From sequence record MZ779063.1: DNA of 64,000 nt. One strand, 5' to 3'. Below are positions 37,289-47,498 of the stretch, in pieces. The notes beneath the pieces are model-generated. The model worked only from the letters and a program-made list of their open reading frames with translations, searched no databases and was not told where the DNA came from. How positions within the stretch are numbered: position 1 is the stretch's first letter; every line of letters begins with the position of its first letter. Position numbers and translations under genes: made by a program.

Positions 37289-39010
37289 ATGGGTAGATTT
37301 ATTAAATCAACATATTTAAATAAAAAAGAGACACATTCAGGAAAAGAAAAAGTAGTAATGGTAGTTAAAGAAGAAGACGGTAATAAAAAACATATGGAAA
37401 TAACTGATCCAATGATGCATTATTATGTAACTAAAGATGAACATTGGTTACCACCTAATAAAATTGTAGGTTCTATTGAAAAAGATAAAGTAAGAACTGT
37501 TACTTGTAAGCATAAAGATATTATCAAATCAGTAGTTAAAGAAGCTGGTAATGCTCAAGATAAAGCAGAATATGATAGAATTATGAAATCAGGTAATTGG
37601 CAAGAATATAGAAAATTAAAAGATTTTCATTTATTAAATAATGCTCATGGATCTGATATTAATATAGAAGATTATAATATTAATGAGTATATTAAAAAGA
37701 ATTTAGATAGTAAAGTCGGTATAGATATATGTCTATTCGATATTGAGGTTGATGGTTCTCAAGTAACAGGCTTCCCAGATCCTGAAAAAGCTGAAGCAGA
37801 GATAAATATTATAACTGTAGTGGATTGGAGTAAGAAAAAAGTATTAACATTCGCTCTTAAATATGACACTGATACTTATAGAGAAACTATGAAAGATCAA
37901 GATAAGTTAATTAAAGACTTAAATGAAATCTATAATAATGAAAATAGTGAAATTGGTAAAGATTTAGGTTTAGAATTTGAAATATATGAATTAGATACAG
38001 AAATGCAAGTAATTAAATCTTTCTTATACTATATTAATGAAATTAGTAAACCTGATATATGTACAGCATGGAATCTAGATTATGACTTCCCTGCAATATT
38101 TGAACGTATTAGAGCTAATGGAGAAGATCCTGCAGATTATTTCTGTTCTAAAGAATTTGAAGATAAAAAAGCATATTATAAATTAGATAAAAATGCTACT
38201 GATATGGCTAATAGATCTTCTACATTTGAGACTAATTCTTATACTAACTGGATTGACCAATTAGCTTTATATGCAAATATTAATAAACCTAATGGTGCTT
38301 TGGAATCAGTTAAGTTAAATGATATTGGAGAAAAAGAAGCGAGAGTTACTAAAGATGTTTATGAAGGTTCTATCTCTGATTTACATTTTAGAGATTATTA
38401 CACATTTATACTTTATAATATTAAAGATACTGTATTAGCTGCATTAATTGAACATAACACTAATATGTTTGATTTATTATTCTCTATTGTAGATATGACT
38501 AGAACAAGACCTAGTAAAGCACTTAAGAAAACTATTTGTTTAAGAAATCGTAGTTCAGTATTCTTTGAAAATCAAGGATATGTATTAAGTAATAACCACT
38601 CAAAATTATTATCAGATCCGAATGCAGATAAAATTCGTGGTGGATTTGTAGCAGATATGATGTTAATTGAACGTAATGGTGATACATTAGTTAAAGGTAG
38701 AGATATTAGATCTAATAGATTATTTAGTAATGTTTGTGACTTTGACTTGAGTGCTCTATACCCATCTATTATTAGAGCATATAATATAACACCTGAAGGA
38801 CATGTGGGTAAAATGAATATTCTTGATAAAGATAGAATAACAGTGCCTAAGTATGAGGAAGATAAAGATAACTATGATTTTAATACTGAATTCGTAAGTA
38901 AGTTTAACAGTCAAGATAGTGTTGCTTTTGCTCAAGAATTTCATGGTTTACCTCCTCTTATTAAAGCATCTGATGACATTATTAAAGAATTAGAGGAGGA
39001 AATTGGTTAA
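37289..39010 (+). CDS. polB: family B DNA polymerase, N-terminal part (3'-5' exonuclease plus motif A) of a split enzyme
   Basis: ExoI LFDIEVD, ExoII AWNLDYDF, ExoIII YNIKDT, motif A DFDLSALYPSII; ends before motif B. Confidence 0.9.
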   Translation: MGRFIKSTYLNKKETHSGKEKVVMVVKEEDGNKKHMEITDPMMHYYVTKDEHWLPPNKIVGSIEKDKVRTVTCKHKDIIKSVVKEAGNAQDKAEYDRIMKSGNWQEYRKLKDFHLLNNAHGSDINIEDYNINEYIKKNLDSKVGIDICLFDIEVDGSQVTGFPDPEKAEAEINIITVVDWSKKKVLTFALKYDTDTYRETMKDQDKLIKDLNEIYNNENSEIGKDLGLEFEIYELDTEMQVIKSFLYYINEISKPDICTAWNLDYDFPAIFERIRANGEDPADYFCSKEFEDKKAYYKLDKNATDMANRSSTFETNSYTNWIDQLALYANINKPNGALESVKLNDIGEKEARVTKDVYEGSISDLHFRDYYTFILYNIKDTVLAALIEHNTNMFDLLFSIVDMTRTRPSKALKKTICLRNRSSVFFENQGYVLSNNHSKLLSDPNADKIRGGFVADMMLIERNGDTLVKGRDIRSNRLFSNVCDFDLSALYPSIIRAYNITPEGHVGKMNILDKDRITVPKYEEDKDNYDFNTEFVSKFNSQDSVAFAQEFHGLPPLIKASDDIIKELEEEIG

Positions 39011-39792
39011 TGTCTATTATTATTGAAGAATCAAAAATAGTAAATAAATTAGTAATGACTTTTGAAGAAATATCTAAGCTATTCAATAATATTGTTGATG
39101 GAAGTAAGTATATTAGTTTAAATAAAAATATTATAACAAATCATTCTAAGTCAGATGATAATCCTAATTCAGTTGAAGTGGAAATTATAGAAGATAATCC
39201 AATTTACGATTATCTTCTACCTATTGAAAATTGTGTTTTTAGTGTAGAAGACTTTATTGAAGTAAGAAAGAATAAGGGAGATAAAATTGTTAAAGTTGAA
39301 TTTTTCAATGAAATCGATAATAGTGGTATTAAAATAACTAGAGAATCTGATTTAGAAACTACTATTAATGGTGATGAGTTTGATGAAGATTTATTAGATG
39401 AAGAATTAAATTATTCATTGGATGCTATTAATTATTTTAGTTCTTTTGAACCAAGTCTAAATTTCAAATTAGATAATGATAGTTTATTGGAAATTAAGGA
39501 AAGAAAACCTTCTGAGTTCTTTAAGTTTATATTTACTGAAGATGATGTTATTGTTAAAGATCCTTATTATATTTATAATGAAGAAGACTACCTTATTGAT
39601 TTTAGAACTTCTAAAAAGTATTTATTAGGATTAAAATATAAAAAGACTAAAGGAGAAACAGTTTGTCCATTAGTTAAAATAGATGTATACGCCCCAGAAA
39701 CAACTGTATATAGTGAATTGATTATGATAAAATTTTCAATTTACCAAGACAAATTTGTTGCAAAATTGAAGAATTTAGTTTATAATATATAA
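39010..39792 (+). CDS. hypothetical protein translationally coupled to the polB N-terminal gene
   Basis: TAATG overlap with GAGGAGG RBS inside the upstream gene. Confidence 0.8.
   Translation: MSIIIEESKIVNKLVMTFEEISKLFNNIVDGSKYISLNKNIITNHSKSDDNPNSVEVEIIEDNPIYDYLLPIENCVFSVEDFIEVRKNKGDKIVKVEFFNEIDNSGIKITRESDLETTINGDEFDEDLLDEELNYSLDAINYFSSFEPSLNFKLDNDSLLEIKERKPSEFFKFIFTEDDVIVKDPYYIYNEEDYLIDFRTSKKYLLGLKYKKTKGETVCPLVKIDVYAPETTVYSELIMIKFSIYQDKFVAKLKNLVYNI
39699..39710 (+). promoter_or_regulatory. candidate late promoter for the portal gene
   Basis: AACAACTGTATA (AACA-N6-TA-T) inside the upstream CDS, about 150 nt before the portal start. Confidence 0.4.
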
Positions 39793-39835
39793 TGTGAAAA
39801 AATACTTATAAATTAAGAGAAAATTCTAAAAAGTA

Positions 39836-42298
39836 TTGAAAAGGAGTGTTTTGAATTTGGCTGATGAGAATAAAACTCAGAGAAGTATAAATAATCTCAA
39901 CAGAGATATGGTCAGAGGATTAGGCGATGAAGAAAATCCTAAGAACTTATCTGACAATATAAATGATTTTGATGATAGACTAAAAAAGATAAGACGTAAA
40001 AGTAATCATGGTAATAGTAATGGTGATATTCTATCTTTAGCATCTAAAGTAAACGGTAAAAGTAGAAATGTTAGAAAATCTAATACCGGTGATGATAAAA
40101 AAGATTTCATTAAAGATTTTATAGAAGAGAATATTGAAAATCAAGATTTTTCATCTGAAATTGCTAGAGTATCTAGATACGATGACTATAGAATTATAGA
40201 TAAATTTATACCTGAAATATCAACAAGTATTGATGTATTCGCTACTTCTATTATTGCACCTGATGATACTTCTAAATTATCATTGATGTATCGTTATGGT
40301 GATACAAATAATAAAGATGAATCAGAAAATAAAGAAGTTTTAAATGAATTAGATAGAATTGTAAAGAAATATAATTTGGACAATTTGACATATACTTCTA
40401 TTCGTGATGGTTTATTATTAGGTGATGTATTCTATATTATTAAAGATACTAAGTCTGATTTTGAAGAAATACTTAATGAAAATGATGACGTATTAGGAAG
40501 AGAAACACGAGATGAACAAAAAGTAATTAATGAATCATTTATTGACCAGAATCTTAAAGAATCTGATTTAGACACTATAATTAATGAATTTAATAATCAA
40601 TTTGAAAAGCCTATTAAAGATGAAGATCAATTAAATGAACAGAGAACTAATTTTAAAAATGAAATATTAAAGAGTATTAATGAGAATGTAGCTTTCTTTG
40701 AAAATTCTTCTGAATTACTCTCTGATATAGGTAAATACAAAGGTTCTAATGACTTACAATCATTTTTAAATAAAGCAGATAACAAAAATAAATCTAGTAA
40801 ATTAAAATCTGGTTCAGTTTATTTTAGATCCGTAGAACCCGAAGACATGATTAAATTAGAAATTGATGGTATGTGTATTGGTTATCTTTATATTGAACCT
40901 GATTCTGGAACTGATTTAAGAGGAGGAGCTAATCCTTTATTATCTGCTATGAATAATTTAATGGGAGATGGATACCAGAAGCAAGGTCAAACAGGATCAC
41001 CTTCAGGTGGTATGGGAATTACTAACTTAGATCCTGTTACTGGTGGCGTTGCAGGAAATAATATGTCTAGTAATTCTAAAAATCCTAATTCAGGAATGAA
41101 TGCTACATCTGGATCATATTATGAAAATGGAAATACTGTTATGGCATATCAAGGTTTAGTTGATGTTATAGTTAAAGGTATATCTCAAAAGATTAATATG
41201 GACTTCATTAATAAAAATGATTCATTTAAAGATATCATATATAGATTAATCCGTAAGAATTATATTATTGAAAATGGTATTAAAATGACTTTCTTAGAAG
41301 CTGATGAAGTGTTTCATCATAAATTAGACAGTCAAAAAACTTATGGAGTTTCTAAACTTAATAAATCATTATTCTTTGCTAAATTATATTTAAGTACTTT
41401 AATAACTACAATGATGGTTAAATTAAATCAATCAAGAGATAGACGTGTATTTAGAGTTAATGCAGGTTTAGATGATGATTATGAAGGAACTGTAGAAGAA
41501 ATAATTCGTAATGTGAGACAAAACGAAATGTCTACAGGATTATTTGGTGACGGAACTTCAGTTCAAACATTATTCAATCAAGTAGGTAACTTAGAAAACA
41601 TGTACATTCCTCAAAATAAAGAAGGTACTTCACCTTTAGAAATAGATACAATCTCTGGTATTCAAGTTGATATTAATGATGAGTTCTTAGAATGGCTTAA
41701 GAAATCAGTTATATCAGGTACAGGAGTTCCTTTAAACTATATTGATGCTGAAACTGAAACTGATTACGCACGTTCATTATCAATGCAGAATAATAACTTT
41801 GTCAGACGTGTAGTTAATTATCAAAAATCTTTCGGTGAATTTTATACTGAAGTATTAAGAAAACTTTATTATTTAGAAAATGTAAGTAAAAATAAAAAAG
41901 AAAATGAAGAATTAAGTAATAGAATACAAGAAATTGAAGCATACTTCCCAGCACCAGTATTCTTAAACTTAGGAAACCTTAATGAAGAAGTTGGAGCCGT
42001 TACGCAAATGATAGACTTCTTAGTTCCTTTATATACTTCAGAAGCTTCTGGTGACGAAGAAGAAGATGATAACGAAAAACTAAAACGTCTATTCCGTAAA
42101 GAATTAGTTCAACAAGAATTCATGTCTAATTTAGATTACGATAGATATGAAGATATTATTAACAATATTAAAGATGAAATAAATAAAGATAAAAGAAAAA
42201 ATGACATGGTAAATAATAATAATACTGATGAAGACGATTTATCTTCTTCAGATGACTCTGAAAATAATTCAAGCGATAATTTTGAGGATGATTTCTAA
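39836..42298 (+). CDS. portal protein (T4 gp20-like)
   Basis: QSRDRRVFRVNAG, ENMYIPQ, LEIDTISG and FLEWLKKSVISGTGVP align with gp20 RAPERRIFYIDVG, EDFWLPR, TEITTLPG and YFKKKLYRALNVP; likely start TTG 39857 after AAGGAG. Confidence 0.8.
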   Translation: MKRSVLNLADENKTQRSINNLNRDMVRGLGDEENPKNLSDNINDFDDRLKKIRRKSNHGNSNGDILSLASKVNGKSRNVRKSNTGDDKKDFIKDFIEENIENQDFSSEIARVSRYDDYRIIDKFIPEISTSIDVFATSIIAPDDTSKLSLMYRYGDTNNKDESENKEVLNELDRIVKKYNLDNLTYTSIRDGLLLGDVFYIIKDTKSDFEEILNENDDVLGRETRDEQKVINESFIDQNLKESDLDTIINEFNNQFEKPIKDEDQLNEQRTNFKNEILKSINENVAFFENSSELLSDIGKYKGSNDLQSFLNKADNKNKSSKLKSGSVYFRSVEPEDMIKLEIDGMCIGYLYIEPDSGTDLRGGANPLLSAMNNLMGDGYQKQGQTGSPSGGMGITNLDPVTGGVAGNNMSSNSKNPNSGMNATSGSYYENGNTVMAYQGLVDVIVKGISQKINMDFINKNDSFKDIIYRLIRKNYIIENGIKMTFLEADEVFHHKLDSQKTYGVSKLNKSLFFAKLYLSTLITTMMVKLNQSRDRRVFRVNAGLDDDYEGTVEEIIRNVRQNEMSTGLFGDGTSVQTLFNQVGNLENMYIPQNKEGTSPLEIDTISGIQVDINDEFLEWLKKSVISGTGVPLNYIDAETETDYARSLSMQNNNFVRRVVNYQKSFGEFYTEVLRKLYYLENVSKNKKENEELSNRIQEIEAYFPAPVFLNLGNLNEEVGAVTQMIDFLVPLYTSEASGDEEEDDNEKLKRLFRKELVQQEFMSNLDYDRYEDIINNIKDEINKDKRKNDMVNNNNTDEDDLSSSDDSENNSSDNFEDDF

Positions 42299-42309
42299 TA
42301 TTGACATTT

Positions 42310-42339
42310 GAATAACGGATTAAATACAATTCGTTATTC
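42310..42339 (+). terminator. hairpin after portal
   Basis: GAATAACG/CGTTATTC stem; TATATTAT early-core motif follows at 42345-42352. Confidence 0.55.
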
Positions 42340-42398
42340 AAATTTATATTATATAAGTGTAGTACAGAATATTTATTTATAAGGAGAATGAATTAGAT

Positions 42399-44312
42399 AT
42401 GACAAATGAAGAAATTGTTTTAGATTTAAAATTAGGTAAGTATAATGATTATTTACACTCAGATAATTATTTTGAAATTTTAGAAGATTTAAAGAAAGAT
42501 ATTATTAGTAATCCTCAAAAAAGAATGGAAGACTATTTTGAAGACAATATATCTAAAAGTAATTATTTCACTTTATTAGTATTAGGTAAACCTTTTAGAG
42601 ATATGAATAAAGAGTTTACGGAAGAATACTTAGTTAATCCAACTGATATTGAAGATTATTATGATTATTTTGACAAAGTTGTTGTTAATTTTATTCATGA
42701 AGGACATGACCCAATAAAAGTTAGTCAATCTATTGCATTTATTATTGATGAATTAACTATATTTTCAAATGAATATATTTTACCTTTAGATGGACCATCT
42801 ATTTCATTATACGATATTATGAGATTGGCTAATGAAGATAAAGAAGTAGAAAAATTAATTAACTTTGATAAAGAAGATATTGACCCTAGCTTAAACTATC
42901 AGCAAATTATCAATGAAGTTCAAAAACCTAATATGCATAAATTAATTGATCGTATTAAATCTGATAAAGAAAATGATTATAAAACTTTCTTACATTCAGG
43001 AACAGGTATTAATAAGATACAATTGAATGAGGTTTTAAGTTTCGTAGGATACAAACCAGATATTCGTGGCGATGTTGTAACTGATATTATTGATACCTCA
43101 TTCATGCGTGGTTTAAAAGATACAACACAATTTGCTATTGATGCAGAATCTTCATTAAACGCATTAATGAACTCTAAGAATAAAGTACGTGAATCAGGAT
43201 ACTTAAACCGTAAAATTACTTTATTAACTTCAGATTTAAAATTATCAGAAAATGAAGATTGTGAAAGTAAACATTTTGTTTACGTTAATATGAATAGTCA
43301 AGATAAATTAGATAGATTTAATGATAGATTCTATTATGATGATACAGATCAAGAATTAAAATTAATTAATTCTAAAGAAGATAGTCATTTAATAGGACAG
43401 ATTGTTCCATTACGTTCTCCTATCACATGTGCTGAATCTAAAGGAAAAATATGCCAAACTTGTTACGGTAAACGTTTATATAACATTAATAGAAACTTAT
43501 CTGTAGGTATATTGGCTACATTAAGATTAACAGAACCTATGACTCAAAAATTATTATCAACAAAACACTTACAAGCAGTACAATTATCTGAATTCTCTTG
43601 GCCAGATATCTTTAAAGAACACTTTGAATTCTCTGGAGATAATATTGTTCCACGTAATGAAAAGACTAAAGTTATTATTGATGAAATGATTATTAATGAA
43701 GATTATGAATATGGAAGATATAAAGCTAACAGTTTTAAATTTAAAGTAGGTACTAAAACTCATACTGTTAAATCACCTGTAACTCTTAAAATACCAGATC
43801 AAAATATTGAGACTATGGATAAGTTTTATGATGAAGAAGAAAATGCATTTATATTCAGTATGAAAGACTTAAAAGAGAATTTCTTATTTAATATTAAAAT
43901 TAAAAATGAAGGTGTTGCTGACCCACTTCTTAAAATACGTTCTATATTAGAAAGTACTAAATACATTAGAAATGATTATGAAGAAAATAACTATCAAGCA
44001 ATGTTTAATGATGTAACAGATTTATTACTTAAATCAGGTACAGACGTTATGAGTGTTCATTTAGAAACTATTATTAGAAACATGGTATTCTTAAATGAAG
44101 ATTATAAAGAAAGAACTAAATATAGAGATCCTGAATTTGAACCTGATATTGAATTGAAAAATGTAGGTAGTGCTATTTTAAGTTCACCTTCGCCAGTACA
44201 ATCATTAATCTTTGAGAAGATTAAAGCACAATTAAGTACTGATGAAACTAATAACTTCTTCAGTAAAGATGGAGACTCAATGTTCGATCCGTTATTTGAT
44301 TTTGATATTTAA
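42399..44312 (+). CDS. rpoC: phage multisubunit RNA polymerase beta-prime C-terminal subunit (probably non-virion RNAP)
   Basis: ESGYLNRK bridge-helix end, RSPITC..CQTCYG zinc site, EPMTQKLLSTKH trigger-loop equivalent, HLETIIRNM; early-core motif upstream. Confidence 0.9.
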   Translation: MTNEEIVLDLKLGKYNDYLHSDNYFEILEDLKKDIISNPQKRMEDYFEDNISKSNYFTLLVLGKPFRDMNKEFTEEYLVNPTDIEDYYDYFDKVVVNFIHEGHDPIKVSQSIAFIIDELTIFSNEYILPLDGPSISLYDIMRLANEDKEVEKLINFDKEDIDPSLNYQQIINEVQKPNMHKLIDRIKSDKENDYKTFLHSGTGINKIQLNEVLSFVGYKPDIRGDVVTDIIDTSFMRGLKDTTQFAIDAESSLNALMNSKNKVRESGYLNRKITLLTSDLKLSENEDCESKHFVYVNMNSQDKLDRFNDRFYYDDTDQELKLINSKEDSHLIGQIVPLRSPITCAESKGKICQTCYGKRLYNINRNLSVGILATLRLTEPMTQKLLSTKHLQAVQLSEFSWPDIFKEHFEFSGDNIVPRNEKTKVIIDEMIINEDYEYGRYKANSFKFKVGTKTHTVKSPVTLKIPDQNIETMDKFYDEEENAFIFSMKDLKENFLFNIKIKNEGVADPLLKIRSILESTKYIRNDYEENNYQAMFNDVTDLLLKSGTDVMSVHLETIIRNMVFLNEDYKERTKYRDPEFEPDIELKNVGSAILSSPSPVQSLIFEKIKAQLSTDETNNFFSKDGDSMFDPLFDFDI

Positions 44313-44325
44313 AACAATATAATTC

Positions 44326-44357
44326 AACCAAACTTCTATTAACTTAGGAGTTTGGTT
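44326..44357 (+). terminator. hairpin/terminator
   Basis: AACCAAACTTCTA/TAGGAGTTTGGTT stem. Confidence 0.6.
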
Positions 44358-44386
44358 ATATATAATAACTCTAGGAGGAATTTAAT

Positions 44387-44677
44387 ATGGAAAATGTACC
44401 AGAATATAGTTTATTAGGGATATATAATTTTAATTATGATAAAGAGAAATTAATAATGTCTATAATAAAAAATTGTCATATTGTCTTTAACACTATTAAT
44501 GAGGATGGAGAAAGAGATATTTATTTATTATCTGATTTAGAAATTAGTGAGGATGGTATATTTTCTTTTGTATTAACTAAAGATGATTTACCGGTATCAG
44601 TTCATAATTTTTCAATTAAAGAGGTATATGATTTTGATGAACTTAATAAATTGATAATGAAAGAAATTAATTCTTAA
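44387..44677 (+). CDS. small acidic hypothetical protein
   Basis: AGGAGG RBS; 96 aa. Confidence 0.8.
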   Translation: MENVPEYSLLGIYNFNYDKEKLIMSIIKNCHIVFNTINEDGERDIYLLSDLEISEDGIFSFVLTKDDLPVSVHNFSIKEVYDFDELNKLIMKEINS

Positions 44678-44744
44678 AAAATTAATTTTTTATAATAACT
44701 GATAGATATAAAATTTTAAAGCAAAAAGGAGAATTTAATTTAAC

Positions 44745-45191
44745 ATGGAAATTTTCAAATTAAAAGAATTAGAAGGTAAACAAGAACAAACAATCGAATT
44801 AACTGGTGATGATAAAAACCTTAAAGAAATTAGAGAAGCATTCTTTAATAGTCAATCAGGTACTTATATGGTAAATAAAACTATCAATGATAATATTGAA
44901 GAATTCTTCAAACATGCTGAAGATGATGTAACTGTAGATGATGTTTATAAACTTAATGTAATTGTTGAAGATGATAAACAAATTACTTTAGTTAAAGCTG
45001 AAAAAGATGATCAATTTAAGAAAGGTTGTTTCTACATGGTATTTGACTTAATGGGTTCTGTACCTGTTTATACTGATTTAGAAAATCCTGAAGCTACATT
45101 TGATTTATCCGGTATGTTTAAAGAAAATGGTTTTGATTTCTTTAAAACTATTGCAGAAGTATTCCCTACTACTATTGAGCTTAAACAATAA
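44745..45191 (+). CDS. acidic hypothetical protein
   Basis: AAGGAG RBS; 148 aa. Confidence 0.8.
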   Translation: MEIFKLKELEGKQEQTIELTGDDKNLKEIREAFFNSQSGTYMVNKTINDNIEEFFKHAEDDVTVDDVYKLNVIVEDDKQITLVKAEKDDQFKKGCFYMVFDLMGSVPVYTDLENPEATFDLSGMFKENGFDFFKTIAEVFPTTIELKQ

Positions 45192-45208
45192 AGAAAGAAG
45201 CTGATACT

Positions 45209-46756
45209 ATGGTAGTATTAAATGAAACAAGAAAAATAAAAGTATCTGTATATCCTACTCGTATATTAGTTGAAAATTACGAGTTAGGATTTTGTTCTGC
45301 AATAGAAAGTTATCTATCAGTATGGGATAAAATATATCATAAACATACTTATAAAGCTTTCAAATATGATGAAGAAAATAAAACTATATCTTTTCCAGCA
45401 GGTATTAATACTAAATTATTATTACAGTCATTAAAAAATCATGGAGAAATTGATTATCAAGATTTCAGAGCAGTTGAAAATTTATTCTTTAAACCTAAAC
45501 CAAATTATGATGTTAAAATGAATTTTAAACCTAGAGATCTTCTACAAAGAAAAGCTATAGAATTCTTAAATTCATTTAGTATATATGATCCATCAACACA
45601 AAAATTCCTTTCATTACAAACTGGTGAAGGTAAAACTTTCTGTGCTTTAAAATCAGTCATTGACAGAGAATTAGTACCTATGATTTTTGTTAATAACAAT
45701 AAACTTAAAGAGCAATGGGAAGAAAAAATAAAAGAGTACACTAATGTTGATAATGAAAAAATATATGTGATTCAAGGGAGATCAAGTATTAATAAACTAT
45801 TTAAAATGAAATCTAAAGAAAGAAATAAAATAGATTTCTATATAGTAATGTATAAAACGTTAAATTCTTTTATTCAAGAAGATGAAGAAAGATTACAAGA
45901 ATTACTATTAAAAACTAAAGTAGGTATTAAGATATTTGATGAAGCACATTTAGATTTTCGAAGCTTAACTAATATTGATATACAAACAGATTTACCGTCA
46001 ATATACTTATCAGCTACACCTAGAAGATCTGATAAATCAGAAAATATGGTATTTAGTAATATATTCTTAAAAACACCTATATTTAGTTCTGATAATTACG
46101 ACAGACAGATAGCTAATAATAGAAAAATACCATCTAAATATCATGATGTATTTATTATCAGATGGAATAGTAATCCTAAAGAAGTTGAATTAGCTGATTT
46201 CATGAAAGCTTCTAAACGTAATGGTCTTAATGTAAATCATTATAGTAAATACTTAATTGAAGAAGATAAAAGAAGAAAAGAATACTTTGATATTGTATTT
46301 AATATTATTAATAATGTCATTATGAAAGAAGAAGTTAAAAAGACTGTAGTTATGTTTAAATTAAAGAATATGATAGATGATTTTTATTCATATTTAGAAG
46401 ATAAACTTGGACCTGAAGGATTAGAATTTTTAAATTGTATTAGATACTATGATGGTATTGATAAAGAAGAAAAAGATAAAGTATTAGAATCTAACTTAAT
46501 TATTACAACTGATTTATCTCTAGGTACTGGAATAGATATACCTGATTTAAAAGCTGTAATTAATACAGTTCCTTTATCAAGTGAAAGTAAAGTAACTCAA
46601 ATTATGGGTAGATTAAGATATATTGAAAATGAAAAATTAATGTTCTTTGATCTAATTGATCATGGATTTAAGAAATTAGTTTCTCAAGGAAGTAATAGAT
46701 TAAGAAATGTATATAAGAAGAAAGCTTTAAATATAACTGATTTTAAAATTAAATAA
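45209..46756 (+). CDS. SF2 DExH helicase (UvsW/ResIII-like)
   Basis: LQTGEGKT, IFDEAH, LSATP, LGTGIDIP, QIMGRL. Confidence 0.9.
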   Translation: MVVLNETRKIKVSVYPTRILVENYELGFCSAIESYLSVWDKIYHKHTYKAFKYDEENKTISFPAGINTKLLLQSLKNHGEIDYQDFRAVENLFFKPKPNYDVKMNFKPRDLLQRKAIEFLNSFSIYDPSTQKFLSLQTGEGKTFCALKSVIDRELVPMIFVNNNKLKEQWEEKIKEYTNVDNEKIYVIQGRSSINKLFKMKSKERNKIDFYIVMYKTLNSFIQEDEERLQELLLKTKVGIKIFDEAHLDFRSLTNIDIQTDLPSIYLSATPRRSDKSENMVFSNIFLKTPIFSSDNYDRQIANNRKIPSKYHDVFIIRWNSNPKEVELADFMKASKRNGLNVNHYSKYLIEEDKRRKEYFDIVFNIINNVIMKEEVKKTVVMFKLKNMIDDFYSYLEDKLGPEGLEFLNCIRYYDGIDKEEKDKVLESNLIITTDLSLGTGIDIPDLKAVINTVPLSSESKVTQIMGRLRYIENEKLMFFDLIDHGFKKLVSQGSNRLRNVYKKKALNITDFKIK

Positions 46757-46776
46757 TGAAAGGTTGTTGAGGTATT

Positions 46777-47487
46777 GTGTCCATTATATCTCGTGGAGAG
46801 GCTATTGATAATTATCAATACCTCAATGAATTATTTATAAGTTTTAGAAAAGAAATTAATGAATTTTTATTTAGTGAGATATTTAAAATTAATCATACTG
46901 ATTTTAAAAACTCTATTATAGGTAGTGTTAATTCAGAATTTAAAGTTAAGGAAGAAAAAGATTCAATATGCTTATTATTAGAAGATAAATTTATTGAATT
47001 CGACCTTTATGAAGGATTTATTATCCTTTACAACTTTAAAGAGAATATTAGTTTAATGAAAGAAAAAATTGATATCCAAAAATCTATAATAGAAAATAAA
47101 TTAGATACTAGATATAATTCTAATAATAAACTTAAAAATAAGAATAAAAAGCTTAATAATGAAATAACTGAAAAGAATAATGAACTTAATGAAAGAATTA
47201 AATTAGGTGTTTTAACTAATGCATTACTAAATATGTTAAGAATGCCCAATTCATTTAAATTAAAAGAAGAAATAGATGAACTTAATAAAAGTATTGAGAA
47301 AAATAATCTAATTATAGAGAATAATGATAGTAATATAAAATTATTAGAAGAAGATAAGAAAGATATTAGTAAATATGATTTTAGGTTTGCTAATGATAAA
47401 TATCTATTCAATAAGATTAGTGAGTTTGTACAGTACTTTAAAAATGAATATGGTTTTGAATTTTATATTAAAAATGATACTATATAA
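46777..47487 (+). CDS. coiled-coil hypothetical protein
   Basis: GAGG RBS with GTG start; central heptads. Confidence 0.7.
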   Translation: MSIISRGEAIDNYQYLNELFISFRKEINEFLFSEIFKINHTDFKNSIIGSVNSEFKVKEEKDSICLLLEDKFIEFDLYEGFIILYNFKENISLMKEKIDIQKSIIENKLDTRYNSNNKLKNKNKKLNNEITEKNNELNERIKLGVLTNALLNMLRMPNSFKLKEEIDELNKSIEKNNLIIENNDSNIKLLEEDKKDISKYDFRFANDKYLFNKISEFVQYFKNEYGFEFYIKNDTI

Positions 47488-47498
47488 GGAGTAAATAT

